From Shigella phage A2, in the sequence record OP197928: a stretch of 64,000 bases of DNA; one strand, written 5' to 3'. The position numbers and the translations under genes were made by a program. The notes beneath the pieces were generated by a model. It was given only the letters and a program-made list of their open reading frames with translations, had not been told where the DNA came from and ran no database searches. Shown here piece after piece: positions 9,653 through 18,577 of the stretch; position 1 is the first letter of the stretch, and every line of letters begins with the position of its first letter.

Positions 9653-10972
9653 TCACACATAAAACACATCATAACGACCACGTGTTACACCAACATAAAG
9701 AAGTTGTTGAGCTAATTCAGCATCTGCATAATGAATACAAGGCGTATAAATGAAAGCACGGTCTACAGACATACCCTGAGCTTTATGGAATGTTGATGCA
9801 GGAAGTGCTTTCACTTTACTAAACTGTGATTTAGCATCCCAAAAATCACTCCACGGAGCTTTTCCGCCTTTGTTCCAATTTTTATAAGTTTCTGCCGTTT
9901 TACCTAAAAATAGGTTAAACTTATATAGCTCTTCATCAGATGAAATTATTTTAATCTTTTCACGATAATATTCATCATCGCCATAAGTTTCTACTGTTAA
10001 ATCCCAATGACGAATTAAGTATTCTCCAGGAACACCACGAGCTTTAACAAAGGTTGATGTATACTCTGCTTCTATAATACGAACTAATTGTCCATTATTA
10101 AAAATAATTTCTGACACAGGCTTTCCATCAATTTTATATGTTTTAATTAATGGTTCCTGCATTACAATAATTTCACCGACAATAAAATCTTTATCAGTTT
10201 CAAAAATCTTTTTACGAATAATGCTATTTAACTTGTCAACAGATTTATTCGTAAATGCCATTACGCGATTTTCAAACAAATCATCTAGAGATTTGACGAT
10301 TGAAAAATAATTTACCATAAAATCGCGTAAAGCGGTATCACCAGTAAATCCACGTACTCCATGCCCGTCAACAACTTTATCATAAATCCACTTACCGTTA
10401 CGAACGTCAGTAGCTACATCAATAATAGGAGCATTACTGCGTTTAACTTCAGTGAGTTCACACTGATAAAAATCTTTATGCGTAAAGAATGGACTGATAT
10501 AAGCAGTATTTTCTCCTGGGTCAACAGGTCTAATTTGCTTATTATCACCTATTCCAATTATAGTACACCACGGCGGGATAGTTGAAAGCAGAATTTTAAA
10601 TAGCTTTCTATCATACATTGACACTTCATCGCAGATTAATACTCTGCATTTAGCTAAATCTGGTACTTCCTTCTGCTCAAAGAGGACATTTTCTTCATAT
10701 GTTACCGGGTTAATTTTGAGAATACTGTGAATAGTACTCGCTTCTTTCCCTGATAGTTTTGAAAGAATCTTTTTAGCTGCATGAGTAGGAGCTGCTAAAA
10801 TAATGCCAGTTTCGCCCGTAGATATTAAGGCTTCAATGATGAACTTAGTAAGAGTAGTCTTACCAGTACCAGCAGGTCCATTAATAGTTACATGATGTTT
10901 CTTTTCTTTAATAGCCCTCATAACAATGTTAAAGGCATTTTTCTGGCCTTCAGTCAAATCATCAAATGTCAT
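9653..10972 (-). CDS. dda: Dda DNA helicase (SF1B), 439 aa
   Basis: Walker A GPAGTGKT; sequence essentially as recalled for T4 Dda (MTFDDLTEGQKNAFNIV...). Confidence 0.95.
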   Translation of the reverse strand: MTFDDLTEGQKNAFNIVMRAIKEKKHHVTINGPAGTGKTTLTKFIIEALISTGETGIILAAPTHAAKKILSKLSGKEASTIHSILKINPVTYEENVLFEQKEVPDLAKCRVLICDEVSMYDRKLFKILLSTIPPWCTIIGIGDNKQIRPVDPGENTAYISPFFTHKDFYQCELTEVKRSNAPIIDVATDVRNGKWIYDKVVDGHGVRGFTGDTALRDFMVNYFSIVKSLDDLFENRVMAFTNKSVDKLNSIIRKKIFETDKDFIVGEIIVMQEPLIKTYKIDGKPVSEIIFNNGQLVRIIEAEYTSTFVKARGVPGEYLIRHWDLTVETYGDDEYYREKIKIISSDEELYKFNLFLGKTAETYKNWNKGGKAPWSDFWDAKSQFSKVKALPASTFHKAQGMSVDRAFIYTPCIHYADAELAQQLLYVGVTRGRYDVFYV

Positions 10973-11280
10973 CGTAAATTCCCTGCAATTGGTATACTAA
11001 CAATACGCCCAGTATCTAAAATTCGCCGATATAATCTTTGTGTGTCTACATCAGGCTTAACATGTTTAACTTCTATTTTATTAAACCAAAACTTGCGTGG
11101 AGTCTCAACTAATCTTGGAATTCCCTTACCTAAAGCTAATCGATACTGCTCTTTAAGAGTAGTAAATACTTTATCAGCAATATTCCATTCAAAAAATACA
11201 GCAGGACGATGTTCATCAAGCGGAACTGGCGCCGTAAATCCGTCTTTGTCTCGGTAAACTATCGCATATACATAAACCAT
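10969..11280 (-). CDS. hypothetical protein (dda.1 position), 103 aa
   Basis: ORF with 4-nt overlap to dda start. Confidence 0.55.
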   Translation of the reverse strand: MVYVYAIVYRDKDGFTAPVPLDEHRPAVFFEWNIADKVFTTLKEQYRLALGKGIPRLVETPRKFWFNKIEVKHVKPDVDTQRLYRRILDTGRIVSIPIAGNLR

Positions 11281-11281
11281 A

Positions 11282-12037
11282 TTATCCTCGGATAAGTTTA
11301 AAAATTGAACAATTTAGCGGGTATCCTCTTTTCAGTTTAAGTTTATCAATAAAAGACAAGTTTTGATACCGCTTTACACCTTGAATAATTTTATCACACA
11401 TATCATATTGCATTTCTGCTTCTGACAACTTTTTCACAATTTTCCAATCCGAGCCTTTAAGAAGAACGTTCAGTTTAACAACTTCAGCGCCTTCTGCTAT
11501 GCGAGAACCATCAATACGAGCTTTAAGTGCTATAATTCTTAGCTTAATGTCAGAGGTCTGTTTTGATTTAGAAAGCTGAGAAATGTGTTCAATTCGGTTT
11601 TCACGTTTTTTCTGTATAGCTTTAATTTGATTATAAGTCTTTTTGATTTTAGCCCATTTCTTTTCATCTAAATTTAGTTTATGAACTTTTTTCGCAGATG
11701 AACGACCAATTCGCAAAGCAAATAAATCACGCTTTTCAATCAACTCTTCTAAAGTATAATCAGAACGAAATGTATTATACTTTTTCTTTACTGCAATAAC
11801 ATTCCCTTTAATGTATCCAATGTTATTATCAAAACGTTCTAATGATAATTTCTCTCCTTCAATACGATTATCAAAAGGTTCTCCCGAGTAAGCACAAACT
11901 TTTTGATCTAAAATGTTCTTAATGTAATTGAAGTCTAAGTTAAAATCTTTAGAACGTCTTTTTGCAGATGCCTGAGTATGCTCTAAACGACGTTTAATTT
12001 TACGAATTTGGTTATTAGACATATTATGCAGTTTCAT
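11282..12037 (-). CDS. srd: Srd-like protein (position and size of T4 srd), 251 aa
   Basis: 251-aa basic ORF between dda.1 and modA, preceded by early promoter. Confidence 0.55.
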   Translation of the reverse strand: MKLHNMSNNQIRKIKRRLEHTQASAKRRSKDFNLDFNYIKNILDQKVCAYSGEPFDNRIEGEKLSLERFDNNIGYIKGNVIAVKKKYNTFRSDYTLEELIEKRDLFALRIGRSSAKKVHKLNLDEKKWAKIKKTYNQIKAIQKKRENRIEHISQLSKSKQTSDIKLRIIALKARIDGSRIAEGAEVVKLNVLLKGSDWKIVKKLSEAEMQYDMCDKIIQGVKRYQNLSFIDKLKLKRGYPLNCSIFKLIRG

Positions 12038-12073
12038 ATTTTTATCACATCTTACGGACGGTTAACTACTTAT

Positions 12074-12103
12074 ACTATAACATTTTTACTTTAACTTGTA
12101 AAC
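12074..12103 (-). promoter_or_regulatory. early promoter upstream of srd
   Basis: reverse complement GTTTACaagttaaagtaaaaatgttaTAGTAT. Confidence 0.5.
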
Positions 12104-12159
12104 AATTTTATGAAAAATGCTTTAAAAATTTCATGGTATAATGAATCTAAGTCCTTCCA

Positions 12160-12762
12160 TTATAGATTAAATCCTTCAAAATCAAGAGTATAGATAGTGT
12201 ATGTTGAATACTTTTTATACTCATATCTATCTGCAATTCTAAATACACTTCCAGCTGGTATCATTACTTCTTGTTCATCTGAAACTAATTCCATATTACG
12301 ATAACGATGGCTATCCGGAAACTTAAAGTTTGGATTGTATTCTTTACAGCGTAGAGCTTTTATAGCATACTCCTGGAAATTGAATACCATAGGAGCTTTG
12401 AATTCAAAAATAACTTGTGTGTTATACTCTAAACCAGAAGCAAAATGTAGAGCTATATTTTTATCGTATGAAGCTGATACGACTTTATCAAATGTAATAA
12501 TATCAATTCCTTGATTTAATATTTGTTTAGTCTCAACTGGAACACCTCTCCAAAGAGGTTTATCGTTTGGAACCAAACGAGATTTGATTATTTCATTTAA
12601 CCAAGTATGGTCATCTGGTTTATTAGTAATACAATGAATTAAAAGTTCAATTTCAGATAAATTAAACCCTTCAGAAAGTAATTCTTCACGAATAGAAGCA
12701 CGCACCGATGCATCCATTGATTTTATTTTAAAATCTTTTAGTTGCATTATTGAGTATTTCAT
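12160..12762 (-). CDS. modA: ADP-ribosyltransferase ModA, 200 aa
   Basis: 200 aa, paralogous to adjacent 207-aa gene; size and order as in T4 modA/modB. Confidence 0.7.
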   Translation of the reverse strand: MKYSIMQLKDFKIKSMDASVRASIREELLSEGFNLSEIELLIHCITNKPDDHTWLNEIIKSRLVPNDKPLWRGVPVETKQILNQGIDIITFDKVVSASYDKNIALHFASGLEYNTQVIFEFKAPMVFNFQEYAIKALRCKEYNPNFKFPDSHRYRNMELVSDEQEVMIPAGSVFRIADRYEYKKYSTYTIYTLDFEGFNL

Positions 12763-13382
12763 TCAACTACCTCAATATCATAAACTTTAAATGTTCCAAA
12801 TGAATCGTGTAATTTTTCTTTTGAAATAGAAGTTATTCTATACTTTCCAATTGGAATCATCCATTCTTGTTCATGCACAATCATCATTAAGTTATCAGTA
12901 CGCTCTGAATCTAACCCATCAGTATCTTCATATGTATACTTAAACTCAGTATTAGGAGAAGAAAGTATAATATCGCTGATATGGTCAGAATAATTAAAAG
13001 CTTTATCAGTTTTTAAACGAAGTATTGTTTCAGTGAAATATTCAGCATAAGAAAAAGAACACGCTGTATGCAAACTAGTAGTAAATGAATCTACCCTGTT
13101 CGTTGAAAACACTTCTCCAACTTGTAAATCTTTAATAAGTTCTTTTGTCGATTTTGATATACCACGATATAATTGATAAGGCGATTTAGTTAAATGCTTT
13201 TTAATGATTTTATTCAACTGCCTATGAATAGCTTCATTCTTTTTGGCTTCCATACATTGCCAAAGAACAGACTGCTCAAAGTCAGTAAATTTTTCACAGA
13301 CTTTTTTATACATATCATATTGAAAATCAACGCTTTCAGCTTTTATAGATAACTGTTCAACATCTGCAGGATTAATAATCAT
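12759..13382 (-). CDS. modB: ADP-ribosyltransferase ModB, 207 aa
   Basis: 207 aa; R-S-E type ART arrangement (..YRGISKSTKE..); early promoter immediately upstream. Confidence 0.7.
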   Translation of the reverse strand: MIINPADVEQLSIKAESVDFQYDMYKKVCEKFTDFEQSVLWQCMEAKKNEAIHRQLNKIIKKHLTKSPYQLYRGISKSTKELIKDLQVGEVFSTNRVDSFTTSLHTACSFSYAEYFTETILRLKTDKAFNYSDHISDIILSSPNTEFKYTYEDTDGLDSERTDNLMMIVHEQEWMIPIGKYRITSISKEKLHDSFGTFKVYDIEVVE

Positions 13383-13408
13383 GATAGCCTCCGTATACTT
13401 CAGAAGCT

Positions 13409-13438
13409 ATCATATCATTGTTAGGAAGGAAAGTAAAC
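13409..13438 (-). promoter_or_regulatory. early promoter upstream of modB
   Basis: reverse complement GTTTACtttccttcctaacaatgaTATGAT. Confidence 0.5.
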
Positions 13439-13449
13439 AACTTTTTGAA

Positions 13450-13632
13450 TTATTTTGCCCAGGGAGCCCAAGGCGGAGGGTCAAGATGGTATGAAGCTAG
13501 TTCTTCTAGAAGAGCATCTGGGGCTTCAATTCCATAATTCTGTAATACTATACGGTACTCTTTCTTATAATCACTAGAATCATTCTGGTTATTCGTAGAA
13601 TGATTATCTTCTAACATCTCAAATAAATCCAT
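13450..13632 (-). CDS. hypothetical protein, 60 aa
   Basis: minus-strand ORF. Confidence 0.35.
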   Translation of the reverse strand: MDLFEMLEDNHSTNNQNDSSDYKKEYRIVLQNYGIEAPDALLEELASYHLDPPPWAPWAK

Positions 13633-13640
13633 ATTAATTC

Positions 13641-14111
13641 CTAGCGATAAAAACCAAATTTACGATTAGCTTCAATAATCTTTCTTTCTTCTTCGGACAT
13701 TCTCCAGCGTAGTCCAACATCAAAATGAGCCCAGACCATCCTAACAAATGCATTTATATCTTTAATATCTTCAATAATGAATGTTTTACTTTTAGAAGGT
13801 TGACTCGCTAATTTAACTTTATCGTCTTCAAACAGGTCAAAAAGACCATATTCATGAGCTCTTTTATAGCCTTTAATAGTTAAAGCTTCAGAAGAAGAAA
13901 ACGGTGAATCAGTATTCTGCAAAATATCTTCAGTATGCTTTATAATTAGAATAACATTTTCTGGATATTTTCTTTCTTTTATATCTTTAATTAAAAAATC
14001 CGGATTTTCTGCTAAAGGAATAATTAATGAGCAATTTTTATCAAGTGTATTTACTGATTTACCTTCTTTAGACATAAATTCTATTGAATAATGTTTTGCT
14101 ACTTCAATCAT
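13641..14111 (-). CDS. hypothetical protein, 156 aa
   Basis: minus-strand ORF. Confidence 0.5.
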   Translation of the reverse strand: MIEVAKHYSIEFMSKEGKSVNTLDKNCSLIIPLAENPDFLIKDIKERKYPENVILIIKHTEDILQNTDSPFSSSEALTIKGYKRAHEYGLFDLFEDDKVKLASQPSKSKTFIIEDIKDINAFVRMVWAHFDVGLRWRMSEEERKIIEANRKFGFYR

Positions 14112-14268
14112 GTGATTTCCTTTTGCCTACTAATGGACCATCAGGAATTTTGTTTTCCTGGATATATTTCTCATTTTCTTCCATCATTTTACTGCCAATT
14201 TTAAGAAGCAAATCCATTGCTTCATTTGCTTTAGCTTTAGCCTCTTCTAACATCATATTCTTGTTCAT
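14104..14268 (-). CDS. hypothetical small protein, 54 aa; not in ORF track
   Basis: ATG 14266-14268 overlapping upstream stop (ATGA); translation [21 protein letters not shown]... Confidence 0.35.
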   Translation of the reverse strand: MNKNMMLEEAKAKANEAMDLLLKIGSKMMEENEKYIQENKIPDGPLVGKRKSHD

Positions 14269-14468
14269 GATTTATCCCCATAGATGTCTCTCATCAATTT
14301 AAGCGCTGAGCGTTCTAATTTCTTTTCTTTCTCAGCACTAATCATTGATTTCATCCATTCTTCCGATTCGTTCTGCATTTCTTTATTTGCTTGTTCAACC
14401 CAACCATCATCAATATACATTGAGTTTGGTCTATTGAACCATTCAAGCATCTTCTTCAGAACTTTCAT
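14265..14468 (-). CDS. hypothetical protein, 67 aa
   Basis: minus-strand ORF. Confidence 0.4.
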   Translation of the reverse strand: MKVLKKMLEWFNRPNSMYIDDGWVEQANKEMQNESEEWMKSMISAEKEKKLERSALKLMRDIYGDKS

Positions 14469-14940
14469 TTGTTTTACCTAAAACAACAGTAGGAGCATCA
14501 TCAAATTCATGAATTTTTAGCAAATTTGGATGTAAACTATTCCATACAGAAGAAATAAAGTATGATAAAGCATCTTCGTCCACAATTATAAATTTATTTC
14601 CTTTATCTATTTTCCAACTATATACTGAATCGTACGAATAAAAAGATAAAGGTTCATCATTATATTTTTCTGTGTTAACATTAATGTATTCTGATTTAGT
14701 AAATGCTTCAATTGCTCTAAATGGAATATTTGGCACAGTTTCAATAATACCAATCTTTTTAAGTTTTATTTCAGCATCTTCTGGAACTGGCATTGAAACG
14801 AAATTTTCTACGAGATACATTGGGTCACAATAACCCTTATCAATCATTACTGCTACGGTAATTGGAACGTCTTTAGCAAACGACAAACTATTACTGCTAA
14901 TATACATTTCAAACAAAATCGCTTCCATAATTTTCCTCAA
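14443..14940 (-). CDS. hypothetical protein, about 165 aa
   Basis: minus-strand ORF, ATGA overlap with upstream gene. Confidence 0.5.
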   Translation of the reverse strand: MRKIMEAILFEMYISSNSLSFAKDVPITVAVMIDKGYCDPMYLVENFVSMPVPEDAEIKLKKIGIIETVPNIPFRAIEAFTKSEYINVNTEKYNDEPLSFYSYDSVYSWKIDKGNKFIIVDEDALSYFISSVWNSLHPNLLKIHEFDDAPTVVLGKTNESSEEDA

Positions 14941-15275
14941 TCACAAGATGTAGATGAACAACTAGAATCACAAGAACTTCCACACGAATCGCCTGCCCAT
15001 ACATGAACAGGAACATTAGTGTCATATGAATCAGAACTAGACTGTGTATTCTGCGTATTAGATGATGTAGATGTTGACCAACGCCAAGGATTTTTATAAT
15101 ATTCTTGGGCTTCTTCATAAGTCATAGTAACTGCTTCTACTGTTCCATCTCCCATATAAACATATTCAACTACAGTTAAAGGAAGGTAGTCATTTGAAAT
15201 AGGAACTACACCTTCTCCGGGAGTTGTAGAGAAAAAATCCGTAAAGAAACTTTTAAACCAATTAAAGATAAACAT
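14937..15275 (-). CDS. hypothetical protein with Cys/Ser-rich C-terminus, 112 aa
   Basis: C-terminal [15 protein letters not shown]. Confidence 0.5.
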   Translation of the reverse strand: MFIFNWFKSFFTDFFSTTPGEGVVPISNDYLPLTVVEYVYMGDGTVEAVTMTYEEAQEYYKNPWRWSTSTSSNTQNTQSSSDSYDTNVPVHVWAGDSCGSSCDSSCSSTSCD

Positions 15276-15481
15276 TACAAAAAGCCTCTTTTGAATTCAA
15301 CTTGCTTCTCGCCATAATCATAACGAATCTCTGCATTAAATTCGACAGAACCATCTGCGTACATCATAAATGAATGCACAACAACTTCTGTAGACCATGG
15401 CTGCAGTTCATATTTCTTCATTACATGCCGTGAAATGATAATATCTAAATCTTCATTTGGTTTAATCCAGCGATTTAACAT
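15275..15481 (-). CDS. hypothetical protein, 68 aa
   Basis: first ORF after early promoter 15508-15537. Confidence 0.45.
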   Translation of the reverse strand: MLNRWIKPNEDLDIIISRHVMKKYELQPWSTEVVVHSFMMYADGSVEFNAEIRYDYGEKQVEFKRGFL

Positions 15482-15507
15482 AGTGCTCTCCTCTATAAGA
15501 TAATTTT

Positions 15508-15537
15508 ATTATACCATACTCATTTTGGAAAGTAAAC
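15508..15537 (-). promoter_or_regulatory. early promoter immediately downstream of soc terminator
   Basis: reverse complement GTTTACtttccaaaatgagtatggTATAAT. Confidence 0.6.
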
Positions 15538-15544
15538 CGGTAAA

Positions 15545-15573
15545 ATGAAAAAGGACTCCCGAAGGAGTCCTTG
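15545..15573 (-). terminator. intrinsic terminator downstream of soc
   Basis: GGACUCC-UUCG-GGAGUCC followed by UUUUU. Confidence 0.7.
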
Positions 15574-15578
15574 AATTA

Positions 15579-15815
15579 TTAACCACCTATTTCTGTAGGC
15601 GTAAACATTGCAGCATTCTTAGTTTTCCAAGTTGCTGCATCGGAAACTACATCAGAATAAGCTGCTTTTTCTGACGGAAAGATTTGATAATGAGAATCTG
15701 CAATACGGTGTTCATTTGAATATACATCAAATGCTACAGAAACTTCCATACCTTTAACTTCTTTGCCTTCACCTGCTGGATGAGTAAAGGTCTTGATGTT
15801 AACGAAACCACCCAT
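15579..15815 (-). CDS. soc: small outer capsid protein Soc, 78 aa
   Basis: VNIKTF...SVAF..YS..H.I...HYQ.FPSEKAAYS core; late promoter TATAAATA about 30 nt upstream; terminator downstream. Confidence 0.75.
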   Translation of the reverse strand: MGGFVNIKTFTHPAGEGKEVKGMEVSVAFDVYSNEHRIADSHYQIFPSEKAAYSDVVSDAATWKTKNAAMFTPTEIGG

Positions 15816-15846
15816 AATAAACTCCTTTATTGTTTAATTACAGGTG

Positions 15847-15854
15847 TATTTATA
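15847..15854 (-). promoter_or_regulatory. late promoter (TATAAATA) for soc
   Basis: exact TATAAATA on minus strand about 30 nt upstream of soc ATG. Confidence 0.6.
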
Positions 15855-16024
15855 TCAGTCTTCAATGAAAACTTGTGCTAGGAATTCGTGTTCATCATGA
15901 ATTTGTTTATATAAAGCCATTACAGCATTTATATTAGAGCTATCTACTTTAAGCTGATAAGCATACCACTCGTGTAAATTAATTAAAGCTTTTTGTCGTC
16001 TAATAAATTCTTCTTTGGATATTT

Positions 16025-16225
16025 TCATTTTGAATGCTCTATAATTAATTTTAAGGCTTCTTCACTGACAAAAATTTCATCAGGACCTTCTTCTACAACC
16101 CAATCAACCACACGAAGCTGATTAGATAAGAGCTCACATACGAGCTCCTTGTCATAATTTTTAAATAGCTGGTCAATACGTTTCTTGTGGGCTTTCTTAA
16201 GCTGGCGTTTATTTAAACGAGCCAT
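16025..16225 (-). CDS. hypothetical protein, 66 aa
   Basis: minus-strand ORF upstream of soc. Confidence 0.4.
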   Translation of the reverse strand: MARLNKRQLKKAHKKRIDQLFKNYDKELVCELLSNQLRVVDWVVEEGPDEIFVSEEALKLIIEHSK

Positions 16226-16743
16226 TAATAACCTCGGTCTTGACGAGCGAAGTTTTCAGCATTTTTCAGATAATAAAGTTTAAAGATTTCTTCAGCCGTA
16301 AGACCGAGACCTTGGAACATGTTCAGAACGAAATGAAGAATATCAATCATTTCGAATTTAATTTCCAACTGGTCTTGTGGAGACAAATCAGTAATTAAAG
16401 TTTCACGGCGTTCACCATGCTGTGACTTCCAAGGTTTCCATACAGCAGATGCATCTTTTTCACCATTGCTCATACCACCAAGAGAAGTCAATAGTTCGCG
16501 GAATTCATCATCAATATAATCTTTCTGATTACGCAGCCAATCAACAACTTCGCCTGCGGTAGCCAAATCATCAGGATGACGGTTATATTCAGGTTTATCT
16601 TTAGCTAAACGAACCTGCAGAGATTTCTGCATATCAAGCATAACCTGCAGCGGGTCTTTTTCATCACCGAGAATATCCCAGTATTCATTTTGAGCTTTAT
16701 CAGCGCCTTCAATCAGTTGTGAACATTCATTAAAGTAAGCCAT
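16225..16743 (-). CDS. 56: dCTP/dUTP pyrophosphatase gp56 (MazG-like), 172 aa
   Basis: ATG 16741-16743 with AAGGA SD; MazG-like core; size matches T4 gp56; MotA-box middle promoter upstream. Confidence 0.8.
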   Translation of the reverse strand: MAYFNECSQLIEGADKAQNEYWDILGDEKDPLQVMLDMQKSLQVRLAKDKPEYNRHPDDLATAGEVVDWLRNQKDYIDDEFRELLTSLGGMSNGEKDASAVWKPWKSQHGERRETLITDLSPQDQLEIKFEMIDILHFVLNMFQGLGLTAEEIFKLYYLKNAENFARQDRGY

Positions 16744-16777
16744 TATTTTTCCTTTCAATTCATGGGTTAGTAGATTA

Positions 16778-16802
16778 ATTATACAATAAATATATAAAGC
16801 AA
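16778..16802 (-). promoter_or_regulatory. middle promoter for gene 56 (MotA box TTGCTTTA, 11 bp, TATAAT)
   Basis: reverse complement TTGCTTTAtatatttattgTATAAT. Confidence 0.6.
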
Positions 16803-16814
16803 TAAGGAGGACAT

Positions 16815-17015
16815 ATGGTACAAAAATTAATGGCACTTGTTAATGCCATAAAAGGTAATAAAAAACGTATAGCTTTTACTATTTCTGCTATGGTAGGAAT
16901 TTTACTCTGGAACTTTATTTTATCACCAATTGCAATTGCGCATGGTGTTAATATTCCAGTAGTTACTCTTGATACATTCGTAGATCTAGCATTTGCTTTA
17001 GTTGGGTTAATTTAA
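16815..17015 (+). CDS. small hydrophobic (2-TM) protein, 66 aa, plus strand
   Basis: AAGGAGG 6 nt before ATG; lies in the 56-61 intergenic gap not covered by any minus-strand ORF. Confidence 0.45.
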   Translation: MVQKLMALVNAIKGNKKRIAFTISAMVGILLWNFILSPIAIAHGVNIPVVTLDTFVDLAFALVGLI

Positions 17016-18040
17016 ATCTTGGCATATTTAGATAGCCGCATTTTAGCCATTAACCCCTGGGCAATATTATTTTTCATATATTCCATAATTTGTTCAGGGG
17101 TTGCACCTTCCTTTCTAATCATATCATTGACATCTTTTGATTTCCAGGGAGATTTATCCCAAAACATAACCCTTTCTCCTGCATCAACTAATTTAGTCAT
17201 TCGTTTGATAGTGTCAGGGTGACGAGGTTCATTATCTAAAACCCACACTCGTCTATCTTTAAATGGAACAACTTCTAGGTCTAATTGACCACCCGTAATA
17301 GCTATACCATTTTCAATAAAAAGTGAATCTATAGGTCCTTCTAGAACATATACATCACCATCTTTAACTCGTTCGACTCCATATATTTTTGTTGCCTCAG
17401 GATAAGCTTTAATGGTGATATATTTTTGAGGAGCATCTTTCTTTAATGCACGTCCTTGAAAAGACTCAGCTTTTCCATTAGCATTATAAATTGGAATAAC
17501 AAGACGAGGCTCAGAAATTTCCTTTTTGTATGTTCCCGGTGCTATGCTATTAACTAATTTAGGCCATTCAGTTGTAAACCAAAGATATTTCCATTTATCC
17601 TTTGGAATACAACGAGCTTTTACATATTTTATAATTGGATGGTCTTCCGCCAGTTTATCTAATCTAACACATGACGGAAGAGATTTAATTATTTTCTTCT
17701 CAAGTTGTTTAGGAAGTTCTTTAGGTTTTTCTACTGGACGACTTTTACCTTTTTCTTTTCTTATTTCAAAGATATACTCACGATATAAATCAGGTTCAAA
17801 CTCCTTTAAATATATTCCGATTGGTGCATGATAGTTACAGTTATAACAATGAATATTTCCTTCATTATTATCACCATAATACCATCCACGGGCTTTATTC
17901 TGGTCGGTTTTTGAATCTCCACAAACAGGGCATCTAAAACGTAATTTAAAAGTTGAACTATTATTTACTTGTGTGAATTTAGGTAAATGAGCCAATGCAC
18001 GGTATGCAAACTCATTATCAATCCAAGGTATTGATGACAT
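17012..18040 (-). CDS. 61: DNA primase gp61, 342 aa
   Basis: N-terminal zinc ribbon CPVCGDS...CYNC; TOPRIM-like core; 342 aa as T4 gp61. Confidence 0.9.
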   Translation of the reverse strand: MSSIPWIDNEFAYRALAHLPKFTQVNNSSTFKLRFRCPVCGDSKTDQNKARGWYYGDNNEGNIHCYNCNYHAPIGIYLKEFEPDLYREYIFEIRKEKGKSRPVEKPKELPKQLEKKIIKSLPSCVRLDKLAEDHPIIKYVKARCIPKDKWKYLWFTTEWPKLVNSIAPGTYKKEISEPRLVIPIYNANGKAESFQGRALKKDAPQKYITIKAYPEATKIYGVERVKDGDVYVLEGPIDSLFIENGIAITGGQLDLEVVPFKDRRVWVLDNEPRHPDTIKRMTKLVDAGERVMFWDKSPWKSKDVNDMIRKEGATPEQIMEYMKNNIAQGLMAKMRLSKYAKI

Positions 18041-18042
18041 TT

Positions 18043-18207
18043 TTACTCTTCTTTTTCTTTAGATTCCTCTTTCTTCTTTTTAGGAATCTGTTCAGGGCCT
18101 TTATTTACTACAGCACCTGATGTTGTTCCAGTAGAGATATTTTCAGGATTACCACCTGAATCTCCAGCAACCATATCTTCTTTAATAAATTCTTTATATG
18201 TTTTCAT
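18043..18207 (-). CDS. small protein with internal-protein-type capsid targeting sequence (MKTYKEFIKE), 54 aa; not in ORF track
   Basis: ATG 18205-18207 with AGAGGT SD; N-terminus matches CTS consensus MKTYQEFIAE; Gly/Lys/Glu-rich remainder. Confidence 0.5.
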   Translation of the reverse strand: MKTYKEFIKEDMVAGDSGGNPENISTGTTSGAVVNKGPEQIPKKKKEESKEKEE

Positions 18208-18208
18208 A

Positions 18209-18565
18209 TTAACCTCTATTCATAAAAGCATTAAAAATTTGGTCATCAATCGATGGAATAGCAACTTTTTCTGCATCATTTAACAAATCATTAATTTCAT
18301 CAGATAGCATAACACATGTATCTTTATTTCCTGTAATTGTTACTGCGCAATTACGAACATTTTCTTTATTAAATTTTAGGTTAATATTTTCGTAATGAAA
18401 ATCCTTTAATGCTGAATATATTTTTAAAATAAAATTGTCTTTTACTACAATAAACCCAACCTCACTATTAAAACGTGGTTCATGGAAACTGTAATAAACC
18501 TTTTCATCTATAAAATCGTATGAAATTTTTTCCATTTTTAAATATGAAAATTCAGAACTATACAT
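18209..18565 (-). CDS. hypothetical protein (61.1 position), 118 aa
   Basis: minus-strand ORF. Confidence 0.5.
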   Translation of the reverse strand: MYSSEFSYLKMEKISYDFIDEKVYYSFHEPRFNSEVGFIVVKDNFILKIYSALKDFHYENINLKFNKENVRNCAVTITGNKDTCVMLSDEINDLLNDAEKVAIPSIDDQIFNAFMNRG

Positions 18566-18577
18566 ATCAACCTCTAA

